Origin: Candidatus Omnitrophota bacterium
GTDB taxonomy: Bacteria > Omnitrophota > Gorgyraeia > Gygaellales > Profunditerraquicolaceae
Length of the DNA stretch: 64,000 nucleotides
Reading direction: 5' to 3'
NCBI GenBank assembly: GCA_003598025.1
Contig: QZKH01000003.1
Location: forward strand, 503,221 to 567,220
The position numbers were made by a program, and so were the translations under genes. The notes beneath the pieces are model-generated. The model was not told the DNA's origin. It did no database searches and was given only the letters and a program-made list of their open reading frames with translations. Of the stretch, positions 10,393-19,517 are shown one piece after another (position 1 is the stretch's first letter; each line of letters opens with the position of its first letter).

Positions 10393-11055
10393 CTAATCAA
10401 AAAGAAATTTATTCAGCTCTGCCCAGGTTTTCGGGCCCACTACACCATCTACTTTAATTTTATTTGCCTTCTGAAAAGCCCTTATAGCAGTTTTGGTCCT
10501 TGGGCCGATCCTTCCGTCTACCTCCCCTTTATAGAATCCGGTGTTTTTAAGGGCTATTTGAATTTGCTTTGATCTGTTATTTGATTCAGGGTTATGGCTT
10601 TTAACCGCTTCCCGTGATTCAATTTTATCAACTGTATGGCTACCCCCTTCATTCGCTGACGCGCTTTTATCCTTTAAAGCGGTTAGTGGTACTTCGATTT
10701 TTATTATAGGTATATTATTGCCTGATTCCTTTTCTCTGGTTAATGCCAGATGCGTGGCTGCATCGATCCTGCCAGTAGGCTTCAATTTTTTGTCTTTCTG
10801 AAAATTCCTGATTGCCAGCCTGGTTTGAGCACCCATAGTTCCGTCTATAACACCGGGGTCAAAGCCGGCCTCTTTTAAGACCTTTTGAATTTCAACCACC
10901 CGCGGGTTATATCCTGATACTTTCCCGATTATCTGATATTCAGGCTCTCCCCACTTATCCCGGTACAATAAATGATTAATATAGCCCCTCACAGGAGCAA
11001 AAAATATCGTGAATATAAATAAGCAGGTTAGAATATAAAGAAATAACTTAACCAT
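10393..11055 (-). CDS. Membrane-anchored protein with two peptidoglycan-binding domains
   Basis: N-terminal TM; two PGBD-like segments (LKEAGFDPGVIDGTMGAQTRLAIRNFQKDKKLKPTGRID and LKNTGFYKGEVDGRIGPRTKTAIRAFQKANKIKVDGVVGPKT). Confidence 0.7.
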   Translation of the reverse strand: MVKLFLYILTCLFIFTIFFAPVRGYINHLLYRDKWGEPEYQIIGKVSGYNPRVVEIQKVLKEAGFDPGVIDGTMGAQTRLAIRNFQKDKKLKPTGRIDAATHLALTREKESGNNIPIIKIEVPLTALKDKSASANEGGSHTVDKIESREAVKSHNPESNNRSKQIQIALKNTGFYKGEVDGRIGPRTKTAIRAFQKANKIKVDGVVGPKTWAELNKFLFD

Positions 11056-11058
11056 AGA

Positions 11059-11808
11059 TCACCGGTTCTTTTTCAATTCTGCTATAATACTATTGAATGG
11101 GAAACTTTCACCGGGACACTCAGTAGCCTTTCCCTCTATATCCTTATGCCTCCTTATGTTCTGCATGGATATGCCGTACTGTTCCCGTAAAACACTCACC
11201 AACTTAATCAACGCATCATGTTGCGATCTGCTAGCTTTTTCTTCATTAAAGTTACCTACAAGGCATATCTGAATATCAGCGGGACGATTTACCGCTTCCT
11301 GTTTTTTCCAGCGCCAGCCAACTTCGATTTCCCCATCTCCGGAGAGCGTGCCATTACCGATGACGAAATGATAAAAAAGACCGCCCATCCTGCGGCTACG
11401 GTGATTACGGTCAAAGGTAACAGCATTACCTTCATGAGTAGCACTATGATGTAATGTAATGTAATGCCAATCAGATGAGCTGGATTTTAGGCCCACCAAT
11501 TTCTTTATGGCTTCCCGGGGGATAGACTTATATGGTTCTATAGGCACCGGCAAGCGGACTCCCGGTATAAATATCCTTTGGCCAATGTCGATCTGCGTCG
11601 GATCTATGATTTTATTTAATCTCATGACCTGGTTAATATCAACATTATAACTTTTTGATATTCTATAAAGCGTCTGGCCTCTCTCAACGATATGATAAAT
11701 ACCGTAAGTTTGCCGCATGGACGGCTGAGTGGAAATGGTCACGCATCCGGAAGCTAGTATCGTTAGAAAGATAGAGCCTATTATTAACTTAAGGTCTGAA
11801 ATTTTCAT
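11059..11808 (-). CDS. LysM domain + N-acetylmuramoyl-L-alanine amidase (amidase_2/PGRP-like) lipoprotein
   Basis: Lipobox (ASGC); LysM (YHIVERGQTLYRISKSYNVDINQVMRLN); amidase_2-type motifs (HHSAT, HFVIGNG, CPG) in the C-terminal half. Confidence 0.75.
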   Translation of the reverse strand: MKISDLKLIIGSIFLTILASGCVTISTQPSMRQTYGIYHIVERGQTLYRISKSYNVDINQVMRLNKIIDPTQIDIGQRIFIPGVRLPVPIEPYKSIPREAIKKLVGLKSSSSDWHYITLHHSATHEGNAVTFDRNHRSRRMGGLFYHFVIGNGTLSGDGEIEVGWRWKKQEAVNRPADIQICLVGNFNEEKASRSQHDALIKLVSVLREQYGISMQNIRRHKDIEGKATECPGESFPFNSIIAELKKNR

Positions 11809-11810
11809 AT

Positions 11811-12017
11811 TTACTTAATAGGATTTGGGATTTCTCTTGGCCCGTAAATTTCTCTCTGCTTCTCGGAGATTTGATGCAAATGTTCGCTGCCTCGCTGCTC
11901 ATCTATGCCATAATACCTTATTCTATCCCCGTCCTTCACAATAAAAACACAGCCATTTAATATAATTGCTACTATCACGAACAGAACAAACCTTACGATA
12001 AATCTTCTCTTTTTCAT
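11811..12017 (-). CDS. Small hypothetical lipoprotein
   Basis: 68-aa ORF with N-terminal hydrophobic segment and Cys; 3-nt spacing to the amidase gene suggests co-transcription. Confidence 0.3.
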   Translation of the reverse strand: MKKRRFIVRFVLFVIVAIILNGCVFIVKDGDRIRYYGIDEQRGSEHLHQISEKQREIYGPREIPNPIK

Positions 12018-12127
12018 AACCCCTGCCCTCGCTATCTCAATACTCTTATAGAGCCTATCGGCTACTATTTGATAAATTAGTTTTTCTGATTCTTAAATAA
12101 CAGCAGCCGAACCTCCATCCCGGCATG

Positions 12128-12538
12128 CTAAAAAAACTCTTCATCAGTATTATGTTTTTCTTCCTCCTGCCGTAGAGTCCTTAAGCGGCCAATTATCGGC
12201 TTAATCTCATTCCATGTTTTATCCGGAAGATACCGCTCGAGGGTCGCCAACTGGATTTTGCTTTCTAGCTCTTTAATATTCTGTTCAATTTCGGACAGAA
12301 GCTTCTTGTTTTCAGCGCAATCTTTCTTATGGCGTATCAGCTCTGCCTGTAATTCCTCGTTCCTTTTTTCATAGAAAACATACCTTTCATGCATACCTAT
12401 CAACTCTTTACGCGCAGAAAATAAACAAAAACCCAGAATACCAGCACATACTACCAACAAAACAATAATTGTTAGCTTCATAATAATTAACCTGACCAAC
12501 AAAATCGTAAAATACAAATAAAAAAAGCCATCTCGCAC
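12128..12538 (-). CDS. Single-pass membrane protein with coiled coil (FtsB/DivIC-like architecture)
   Basis: TM helix (LTIIVLLVVCAGILGFCLF) followed by a heptad-rich helix (NEELQAELIRHKKDCAENKKLLSEIEQNIKELESK). Architecture only; the true start is probably the internal MKLTII. Confidence 0.35.
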   Translation of the reverse strand: MRDGFFYLYFTILLVRLIIMKLTIIVLLVVCAGILGFCLFSARKELIGMHERYVFYEKRNEELQAELIRHKKDCAENKKLLSEIEQNIKELESKIQLATLERYLPDKTWNEIKPIIGRLRTLRQEEEKHNTDEEFF

Positions 12539-12864
12539 TCATGTGCAAGATGGCGGCCCGACCATCAAAAACCTCCAGAAAATTATTCTCTGGACCCTGA
12601 ATATAATTATTGTTATGTAATCATCGCCTTATTGGTTCATATTATAACTTATTTTCTAAAATAAGCAACTTAAAAGGTAACGGTTTTATTTTTCCTGCCT
12701 TGGCTGCCTTCCCGTTTTAGGAAACATAGCCGTCCGCTTTATCCCAAATTGGATATTCAAAATGATTCTATAAAACATCATGAGATGACAAGGGACGCTT
12801 CATTGTGCACTGCTCCAAATTTTTAAAAGCCTATCCTCTAAGAATATACCCCTTAATTTTATCT

Positions 12865-13551
12865 CTATTCTTTAGCCTGGTTTATAACGCGATAAACAAC
12901 AGCACCGATTACAGCGCCAATGATCGGAGCTACCCAAAACAGCCAAAGCTGAGAAACTGCCCAACCGCCAGCCAATAAAGCAACGCCTGTGCTGCGCGCG
13001 GGGTTAACTGAGGTATTGGTAACGGGAATACTGATCAAATGTATCAGGGTAAGACAAAGGCCGATGGCTATCGGAGCAAAACCCTGAGGCGCCTTCTTGT
13101 CAGTTACTCCCATAATTACAAACAGGAAAAACATCGTCATTACTATTTCAGTGGCAAACCCTGCCAATAATGAGTAGCCGCCGGGTGAATGCGGGCCGTA
13201 GCCATTAGAAGCGAAAGTTGAGTATATAAACCCGTCTTTACCGGTTGCTATAAGAAAAAGGACCCAGCCGGCAGCGATAGCACCTAAAACCTGCGCGAGA
13301 ATATAAGGAGTTAATTTCTTTGCCGGAAAACGTCCGCCTGCCCATAGCCCGATTGAAACAGCAGGGTTAAGATGGCACCCTGAAATATGCCCGATAGCAT
13401 AAGCCATGGTTAATACAGTTAAGCCGAATGCCAAAGATACGCCAAGCAAGCCTATACCTAAACCGGGAAATGCCGCGGCAAGCACTGCGCTTCCGCATCC
13501 TCCAAGCACAAGCCAGAATGTCCCGCAAAATTCAGCAAAAAATGCTTTCAT
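12865..13551 (-). CDS. aqpZ: Aquaporin Z (MIP-family water channel)
   Basis: Two NPA boxes ([10 protein letters not shown] and NPARS), 6-TM topology, 228 aa. Confidence 0.9.
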   Translation of the reverse strand: MKAFFAEFCGTFWLVLGGCGSAVLAAAFPGLGIGLLGVSLAFGLTVLTMAYAIGHISGCHLNPAVSIGLWAGGRFPAKKLTPYILAQVLGAIAAGWVLFLIATGKDGFIYSTFASNGYGPHSPGGYSLLAGFATEIVMTMFFLFVIMGVTDKKAPQGFAPIAIGLCLTLIHLISIPVTNTSVNPARSTGVALLAGGWAVSQLWLFWVAPIIGAVIGAVVYRVINQAKE

Positions 13552-13585
13552 GCATTCCTCCTTTGCTTAAACTGCTTGATCTTTT

Positions 13586-14050
13586 TTATTTGCCCCATTG
13601 CTTATTCAAACCTTTTGAAGCCTTATCAAGCTCTCCCTTTACTTTCTTGCTTTCTTTTTCCGCTTTTTCTTTAGCCTTTTTTGCCTTTTTCTCTGCGTCT
13701 TCCTTTGCCTTTTGTGCGGATTCCTTGGCCTTCTTTTTTGCTTCTTCAAGCTGTACCTTGCGTTCCTTTGCTGCTGCCTGTACTCTGGCGGCAAGCTCTT
13801 TACCCTTTAACCCTTCGATTTTAGCCTGATGCGCAGCCTGGGCGACAACACTCTTTGCTTCCTTTGCGCTAGCGCCGCTATCAACGAGTGTTTTAACCGA
13901 AGAACTTACGCTTGAAGCATCTGCTGCTGCGATAGTCCCGGAATCCTGCAGTTCTTTAGTTACTTGTTTAGCGACTTCCGAACTGCTCTGCGCATAAACA
14001 AACGTCATAAGGCCCATTACTAACCCAAATGCTAATATAATTCTTTTCAT
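13586..14050 (-). CDS. Secreted Ala/Lys-rich helical protein
   Basis: Signal peptide. Low-complexity helical Lys/Glu/Ala-rich C-terminus (KKAKESAQKAKEDAEKKAKKAKEKAEKESKK). Confidence 0.4.
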   Translation of the reverse strand: MKRIILAFGLVMGLMTFVYAQSSSEVAKQVTKELQDSGTIAAADASSVSSSVKTLVDSGASAKEAKSVVAQAAHQAKIEGLKGKELAARVQAAAKERKVQLEEAKKKAKESAQKAKEDAEKKAKKAKEKAEKESKKVKGELDKASKGLNKQWGK

Positions 14051-14064
14051 ATCTTCCCCTTTTT

Positions 14065-14775
14065 TTAATTTGAAAACGTGCTTTTTAAATCTTCTTTTGC
14101 CTTTTCCAGGAACCCGCCGACAGCCTCCTCTGCCTCTTTTTTCATCTGGCTACCCACAGACTTGACGTCAAAATTTGCCAGGCCACCTATGCCTATACGG
14201 TTAAGGATCCTCTTTAAGACATCCCCTGCGACCCTGGAAGGATTGGTTACATCGTGGAATGTTTCATCTATATCAATATTAAATTCTTTGGACTTTGCGC
14301 CCACCGCGGGAAAATAGCCTTTATAGACGACCTTGCCGATCTTAAGCCGCAATTCGTCTATCTTTACTTCCGGAGGTTTTTCTCCTTGCGACTTGGGCAA
14401 CAACAACGCCAGAGAGTTTACATTGAGTTTTCCTTTTTCGTTCAGAATAATATGACACTCGGTAATATCAATCTTCAGCTTGCGCAGGTGCACCTTGCTT
14501 TTAAATAAACCTAACAAATCAAAATCAACATAGACTTCCGGAATATCGGCTAAGAGCCTGTCGCTAAAATCGCCGGGATTATAAATCTTTAGCCCGGTTA
14601 CTGAAATACCAGAACCCACCAATCCTATATTAATGCCTTTAACATCAACAGCCATCCCCGTGGCGGACTTGACTCCTTTTATAATAGCTATTCTTGCCAG
14701 TATGTTTCTGCCGATAACTAAACCGATAACTATGATTAAAACTATTGCTGCGATAATTATAATAAGCTTCTTCAT
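14065..14775 (-). CDS. Membrane-anchored hypothetical protein
   Basis: N-terminal TM helix. No catalytic motif recognised. 11-nt gap to the downstream gene. Confidence 0.4.
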   Translation of the reverse strand: MKKLIIIIAAIVLIIVIGLVIGRNILARIAIIKGVKSATGMAVDVKGINIGLVGSGISVTGLKIYNPGDFSDRLLADIPEVYVDFDLLGLFKSKVHLRKLKIDITECHIILNEKGKLNVNSLALLLPKSQGEKPPEVKIDELRLKIGKVVYKGYFPAVGAKSKEFNIDIDETFHDVTNPSRVAGDVLKRILNRIGIGGLANFDVKSVGSQMKKEAEEAVGGFLEKAKEDLKSTFSN

Positions 14776-14919
14776 CTTTCCTCCCTTCTCTTCTTAGCAA
14801 TATAAGGGAATGGCCCTAATTCCCCTGCCTTGCTGCCCACTCTATTCTATCTCTTTTTTATCTTATAAAGCAATAAAAAATAGTAAAAATATAACCGTAA
14901 CCTTTATTTCTGAATTTTG

Positions 14920-16143
14920 CTACCCCATGGCGCATGTGCCGCCGCCAAGTTTTGTCTTATACAATTTTTTATTATAAGGCAATTTCATTAGCAGCATACC
15001 CATAAGGCAGTTATCAGTCAATCCGGAAAAAACAAGTCCGCAGCTGACAAATACTGCAATAAAAATAAACGCCCAATGCACAAGCCATGATAAGAGTATG
15101 CCTGCCAAAACCAGACTGCCAGCAATAAGCCTGACCTGGCGCTCTAATGATATCCCGCCTTCGCCTTTAATAACAGAAAGCCCTTCTTTCTGCCAGCGCA
15201 ACATGCCTCCTTGCATTACCTTTACGCCGTGAATACCTGATTGTATCAACATATCAGCAGCCATAGGGGAACGGTTGCCCGTGCGGCATAGAACAATAAA
15301 ACTTTGCTTAGATTGGCTTAGCTCATTGATTTTAGCAGTAAGCATGTCTATGGGGATATTGATTGAATCCTTAATGTGCACCTGGCTGAATTCTAAAGCC
15401 GAGCGCACATCCAGCAATTTGACCTGCGGATCTTTTCCCGAAAGAGTTAAAGCATCTTTTGGAGAGATCATCTCCAATGCAGCAGCCTCTCCTCTTTGGT
15501 TTAAACGCACAATATTATCAATATTAAAAGGTTTAGGGATGACTTTTGCCCGCATATTCCTGGCAAATACCTCTTTATCTGTTTCTTTTAAGAAGGGATT
15601 TTCTTCCTTTTGTTTAGCTAAAGTGGATGAACGTTTTTCATGGTAGTCATGGCCGGGAAAAATGACAGTTTCTCCCGGAAGGTTTTTGAGGTTTTGTAAT
15701 GTATCAAACATGGATTCAGGAGAACCGTTCTGGAAATCCGTGCGGCCGACACTGCCTATCAAAAGCACATCACCGGTAAATAACCTGTTTTCACCGTATA
15801 AACTTATAGCGTCATCCGTATGCCCGGGGGTATATATTACTTTAAGAGTGCTTGAACCTACGGAAACCTGGTCCCCATTTTTAAGGCGCTTGTCTGCCAC
15901 TTCGGATATTGCTTTTTCATGCATCAATACCTGCGCGCCGGATTTCTTCTTAAAAACCGCGGCTAAGGAAAAATGGTCGGCATGCGTATGTGTGTCTATA
16001 ATAAATTTGAGTTTGAGCTTATTTTTCCTTAAATACTGGCCATACTCATCCAACAAGCTTATGTGAGGGTCAATTATTAATGCCTCTTCTTTAGAGCTTA
16101 TAACATATGAATAGCAGCTTCCGGCAATAAATTGTTTAAACAT
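14920..16143 (-). CDS. MBL-fold metallo-hydrolase (persulfide-dioxygenase-like) fused to rhodanese domain and C-terminal membrane segment
   Basis: HTHADH metal-binding motif; rhodanese active-site loop CRTGNRS; C-terminal two-TM region (DUF2892-like). Start set at the internal Met MFKQF, which has an AAGGAG RBS 9 nt upstream; the track ORF extends to 16257. Confidence 0.8.
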   Translation of the reverse strand: MFKQFIAGSCYSYVISSKEEALIIDPHISLLDEYGQYLRKNKLKLKFIIDTHTHADHFSLAAVFKKKSGAQVLMHEKAISEVADKRLKNGDQVSVGSSTLKVIYTPGHTDDAISLYGENRLFTGDVLLIGSVGRTDFQNGSPESMFDTLQNLKNLPGETVIFPGHDYHEKRSSTLAKQKEENPFLKETDKEVFARNMRAKVIPKPFNIDNIVRLNQRGEAAALEMISPKDALTLSGKDPQVKLLDVRSALEFSQVHIKDSINIPIDMLTAKINELSQSKQSFIVLCRTGNRSPMAADMLIQSGIHGVKVMQGGMLRWQKEGLSVIKGEGGISLERQVRLIAGSLVLAGILLSWLVHWAFIFIAVFVSCGLVFSGLTDNCLMGMLLMKLPYNKKLYKTKLGGGTCAMG

Positions 16144-16326
16144 ACTATTTCTCCTTGATAAAAATGTGACCGCCCCCTTTATTCGACACAGAAGGTGTCG
16201 CACTTGGCTTTCCAATAGGCCAATGTGCATTTTATGCCGTAGTAAGCAAGCCTTCAATCATCTAATAAGCCCCTACGGGGCGGGATGCCCCGACTCTTGC
16301 GGGCAGTGCTTCAAAACTAAACCTTT

Positions 16327-16395
16327 GGCGGGGCGCGGCCCCCACCCCGCGCCCCGCCTAGCGCTATCTTTTCAAAAAACTGGCGAAAATTTTAG
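16327..16395. repeat. Left copy of a 69-bp inverted repeat containing a 12-bp GC hairpin (IR-L)
   Basis: ggcggggcgcgg-cccccacc-ccgcgccccgcc hairpin plus the AT-rich arm tagcgctatcttttcaaaaaactggcgaaaattttag. Its reverse complement occurs at 23159-23227 with one indel. It abuts the stop codon of the OLD-like gene and probably also acts as its terminator. Confidence 0.8.
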
Positions 16396-18362
16396 GGATC
16401 GGCTAAACTTACAATTCTGCTTATAATATCAGTTAAGGTTTTGCTCCCTGCTTTTTGGCTTTTTGCGCACTCCATTAATTGATACAAAAAATACGGTTGT
16501 TTTTCGCCGATTTTTAGAGATTCTACTTCGGCTTTGCATATTTTATAAATTTCTTCGGACAACTCTTTTTTTAATTGTGCTGGCAAGTTTTCTTCAAAAC
16601 ATGCAAAAAGTTTTTCTACTCTAGTAGTAGGAAAATCTTCTTCTGTGACACCACCCAATTTTAAAAGAGCTCTATTATATTTGGTATTGCAATCTTTACT
16701 ACTGCTTTCGCATTTTTTATCTCCATCAAATAAAAAATATACTGGAATATCGAGTTCACGAAATATAAGGACACACCTATCAATATTCGTTTTGCCTCCA
16801 ATAGGTATTACGGTAATCCCTTTCCCTTCTAGGTCACCTGGATTTTTCAAGGTTCCAAATAAAACTGCTTTATCGGCTTCGCCTTCGACTATTACAACTG
16901 CATCTGCAAAAAAACCTTCATTAACATAAGGGGTCAAAAGTGAGATTAACCGCGCTTTTAATGATGCGGCGGTAAAACCTTCTTTCTGTTTTCCAAATAT
17001 TTCTTCCAACTCTTTGGTTATTTTATCTAAATTCATCTTTTTGACTTTTGTTTCTGGAATTGCCCCTCCTGCAATATTCTTTCTGGCCCTTCTTATTTTT
17101 TCTACCCTATCTAAACCAATAAAATGAGGAGAGTGTGTTGAATAAATAATCTGCATCTCATAATCTCGCTCAGGAGAAGGTTGCGCTAGCTCCAACAATA
17201 CTCTGGATATATGCCTTTGTCTAACTGGATGTTGATATAATTCTGGCTCTTCTATGGCGAGTATAAAATTAGGCCTTATTTCAACTATTTCTCCCTTTCG
17301 CTCTCCTTCTTCGTCTTTGGCTTCTTCTTCGGCTTGTTCTTTTTGCGAATCATCAACATGCCGAGCTATACTTAAATGTTGCAGCAACGTCATTATAAAG
17401 GCTCTTTGCAAACCATGCCCCTTTTTTGAAATATCTCCCTCAAAATTATCCTCAATCAATTTTACATATGCTTGCGGAAGCGGTATTTCTAAGTCTTCTT
17501 TTTCTTGCCAGTTTAATACTACGCCAGCTGATTGAACAAACTTTCTTAAAGTATCATTCAGTTCTTTCTGTAATTTTGGTAGTTCTGGTAATTTCTCAGG
17601 ATTAGTTAATTCTTTATACTTTTTTATGGTCTCTTCCTTAAATGCTAATAGCTCGGGTTTTCGCTCAATTTCTTTCTTAACGACTAACTGTAAGAGCTCA
17701 GTTATTATATTCCCTTTGGTCTCGGTTGCATCTAAATTTGCATCTCTTACAGCTGGTATAAAAATGAACCTAGTAAATCTTTCAAGCTTTCCAACACCTA
17801 CATTCCGAAAACCAAAAAATTGTCCATCATCTTTTATGCGCCTTAGCTTATCCAAATGCTCTTTTTCCCAAGCTGCCAAATTCGCCTCAATCCCATCTGC
17901 ACTTGATACCGTTGGCAAAGTATTGAATTCAGGCGTACTTCTTAACTCATTATATTTGGTCCTTTTGTCTGATTTCTGAATAGCTGTTCTTATTTCTTGA
18001 AAGTCAGGATACTGTAGTTTTGATCCGTAATATCTTTCTTGTGAAGTAACTCCATTAAACCCAATCTCTTTTTCGATCGTCAAAGTTCCTCTATCAATAT
18101 ATGGCGCAAACTCCTCAAGCTCATATTCTGTTAATTTATAAAACTTAATTATAATTCTTATTGGTTTGCTTGTGTCTTTATTGTAAAAATCTTCCTCATT
18201 AACTGTTAACGACTTCACCGTGTTATAAAATAGGTTGAGGGCTTGCAAAAATGTTGATTTTCCCGAGCCATTCGGACCTATCAGAATAGTTAAATCCTCA
18301 AAAGTAAGTGTTTCCTCCCTTATAGATCTGTAATTTAATACTGAGATTTCTTCAATAATCAT
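16392..18362 (-). CDS. OLD-family (overcoming lysogenization defect-like) ABC-type ATPase + Toprim nuclease-domain protein
   Basis: N-terminal Walker A GPNGSGKST; ABC signature-like GHGLQR; Walker B/D-loop ILAIEEPELYQHP; H-loop YSTHSP. C-terminal Toprim motifs: VIVEGEADK (ExxD) and YFLFDGDKK (DxD). 656 aa. Confidence 0.8.
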   Translation of the reverse strand: MIIEEISVLNYRSIREETLTFEDLTILIGPNGSGKSTFLQALNLFYNTVKSLTVNEEDFYNKDTSKPIRIIIKFYKLTEYELEEFAPYIDRGTLTIEKEIGFNGVTSQERYYGSKLQYPDFQEIRTAIQKSDKRTKYNELRSTPEFNTLPTVSSADGIEANLAAWEKEHLDKLRRIKDDGQFFGFRNVGVGKLERFTRFIFIPAVRDANLDATETKGNIITELLQLVVKKEIERKPELLAFKEETIKKYKELTNPEKLPELPKLQKELNDTLRKFVQSAGVVLNWQEKEDLEIPLPQAYVKLIEDNFEGDISKKGHGLQRAFIMTLLQHLSIARHVDDSQKEQAEEEAKDEEGERKGEIVEIRPNFILAIEEPELYQHPVRQRHISRVLLELAQPSPERDYEMQIIYSTHSPHFIGLDRVEKIRRARKNIAGGAIPETKVKKMNLDKITKELEEIFGKQKEGFTAASLKARLISLLTPYVNEGFFADAVVIVEGEADKAVLFGTLKNPGDLEGKGITVIPIGGKTNIDRCVLIFRELDIPVYFLFDGDKKCESSSKDCNTKYNRALLKLGGVTEEDFPTTRVEKLFACFEENLPAQLKKELSEEIYKICKAEVESLKIGEKQPYFLYQLMECAKSQKAGSKTLTDIISRIVSLADP

Positions 18363-18409
18363 TTAGTTCCTTTATCCATAAAATCCTTTAACTGCCAATT
18401 TCTTAGTTT

Positions 18410-19171
18410 TTAACAATAACCTTCTGTTTCTTTTATCGCTTTGCTATATAAACAATAATCACAGTCTTTGCTATGTCCAGGCACCTTAGGGTTCATCAGG
18501 CATTTATGCATTTCAACTATTACAGGATCAATCCAAGAGCTATTTCCTTCATAAGAAATAATTTTAATGTTAAACTCAAGCTTTGCATCAAAACTTTCCT
18601 TGTTGGTATTTCCATTACAATATACAAAGTAACCGGTAGAAGAAACATTAAAATCGTTTTTCCTGAATAACCACTGATATATTTCCATTTGTCTTTTATA
18701 AGATACCTGCCAATCTGCATCTAAGTTTACCTCTTCCTCTTTGGACGTGCTCTTATAATCTACGATAAAAAGTTGGCCTTCTGATCCGGCCCAGACATCA
18801 TCCACGGCTCCTGAAAGCAAAAGATTAGTTTGCGGATGTAAATATTCTATTCCGCCACGAAGAGCATCTCGCCAGAGATTTAACTTTTCATGTTGAAAAG
18901 GAACAGCCTTTATTCCATAGGTTTGCATAAGGGGGTGGGGCGTTTGTTTACTTCTATGCAAATCGAATTCTTTCTTAAGTAATTTATCCACCGCAGAATT
19001 CAAAGCAAAGGGAAATCCTGGAGGCTGCCCCACTCCTAGTCTTCTATCAAGATAAAAACAGCGTGGACAGTTAATAAATAGCTCGATTTTAGAACGGCTT
19101 ATCTTGAATGGTAATTTATTAAGCGGATCAAATAGATTCCGCGTTCTTCTTCCAGAATAGTATTTTGACAT
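18410..19171 (-). CDS. Cas4/RecB-like PD-(D/E)xK nuclease with 4-Cys (Fe-S) cluster
   Basis: Motifs GAVDDVWA and LFIVDYKST (motif II/III: D...hhDYK), QMEIY (RecB-family QxxxY), one N-terminal Cys (CPRC) and C-terminal CDYC: the Cas4/AddB-type Fe-S arrangement. 253 aa; 48-nt gap to the OLD-like gene. Confidence 0.75.
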   Translation of the reverse strand: MSKYYSGRRTRNLFDPLNKLPFKISRSKIELFINCPRCFYLDRRLGVGQPPGFPFALNSAVDKLLKKEFDLHRSKQTPHPLMQTYGIKAVPFQHEKLNLWRDALRGGIEYLHPQTNLLLSGAVDDVWAGSEGQLFIVDYKSTSKEEEVNLDADWQVSYKRQMEIYQWLFRKNDFNVSSTGYFVYCNGNTNKESFDAKLEFNIKIISYEGNSSWIDPVIVEMHKCLMNPKVPGHSKDCDYCLYSKAIKETEGYC

Positions 19172-19209
19172 TTTAAGCCTTTGAATAACCTATGAAACAA
19201 ACTCGGCTG

Positions 19210-19422
19210 CTAACAAATCCTATTTTGTCTATAAACCTTATAAATATTTCTGCTGGCATAACTGCCCTTTGAATTAGCGGAACACAGCGCATCGTAGATA
19301 TGTTGGGGTACGTTAAAATACTCATAAAGTGAACCGTCTTTAAACTCTATTTGCAAGATTGCACTATCAGAATCATATCCTATAGAAGCTAAAGTTGAGG
19401 AATTAACAGAAATCATATCCAC
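19210..19422 (-). CDS. KTSC-domain small protein
   Basis: 70 aa; STLASIGYD...ILQIEFKDGSLYEYFNVPQHIYDAL matches the KTSC (lysyl-tRNA synthetase C-terminal-like) fold pattern. 38-nt gap to the downstream nuclease gene. Confidence 0.55.
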   Translation of the reverse strand: MDMISVNSSTLASIGYDSDSAILQIEFKDGSLYEYFNVPQHIYDALCSANSKGSYASRNIYKVYRQNRIC

Positions 19423-19517
19423 CTTTCTTTCTCCTTTTTGATATGTTTTTCCTCTATGAGAACTGCTGCCATGAAACTATTTCTACTTTTTAAGAATTAG
19501 AAATATCTATGTATTAA

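Noticed and set aside
12540-12864. tRNA or ncRNA in the 320-bp AT-rich gap upstream of aqpZ
   Set aside because: No cloverleaf-compatible segment (no GTTC-type T-arm, no acceptor-stem complementarity) was found. It is treated as a promoter/UTR region.
16327-16358. The IR hairpins as simple independent intrinsic terminators
   Set aside because: The GC hairpins probably do terminate the OLD-like and recombinase genes. Terminator function alone, however, does not explain 69 bp of near-identity including 35 bp of AT-rich arm, so they are reported as a repeat element with a probable additional terminator role.
18410-19171. Interpreting the Cas4-like gene as evidence of a CRISPR-Cas locus
   Set aside because: No cas1, cas2 or effector genes and no repeat array are in the window. 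Cas4-like RecB-family nucleases also occur outside CRISPR systems, so it is treated as a stand-alone nuclease in a putative defence operon.
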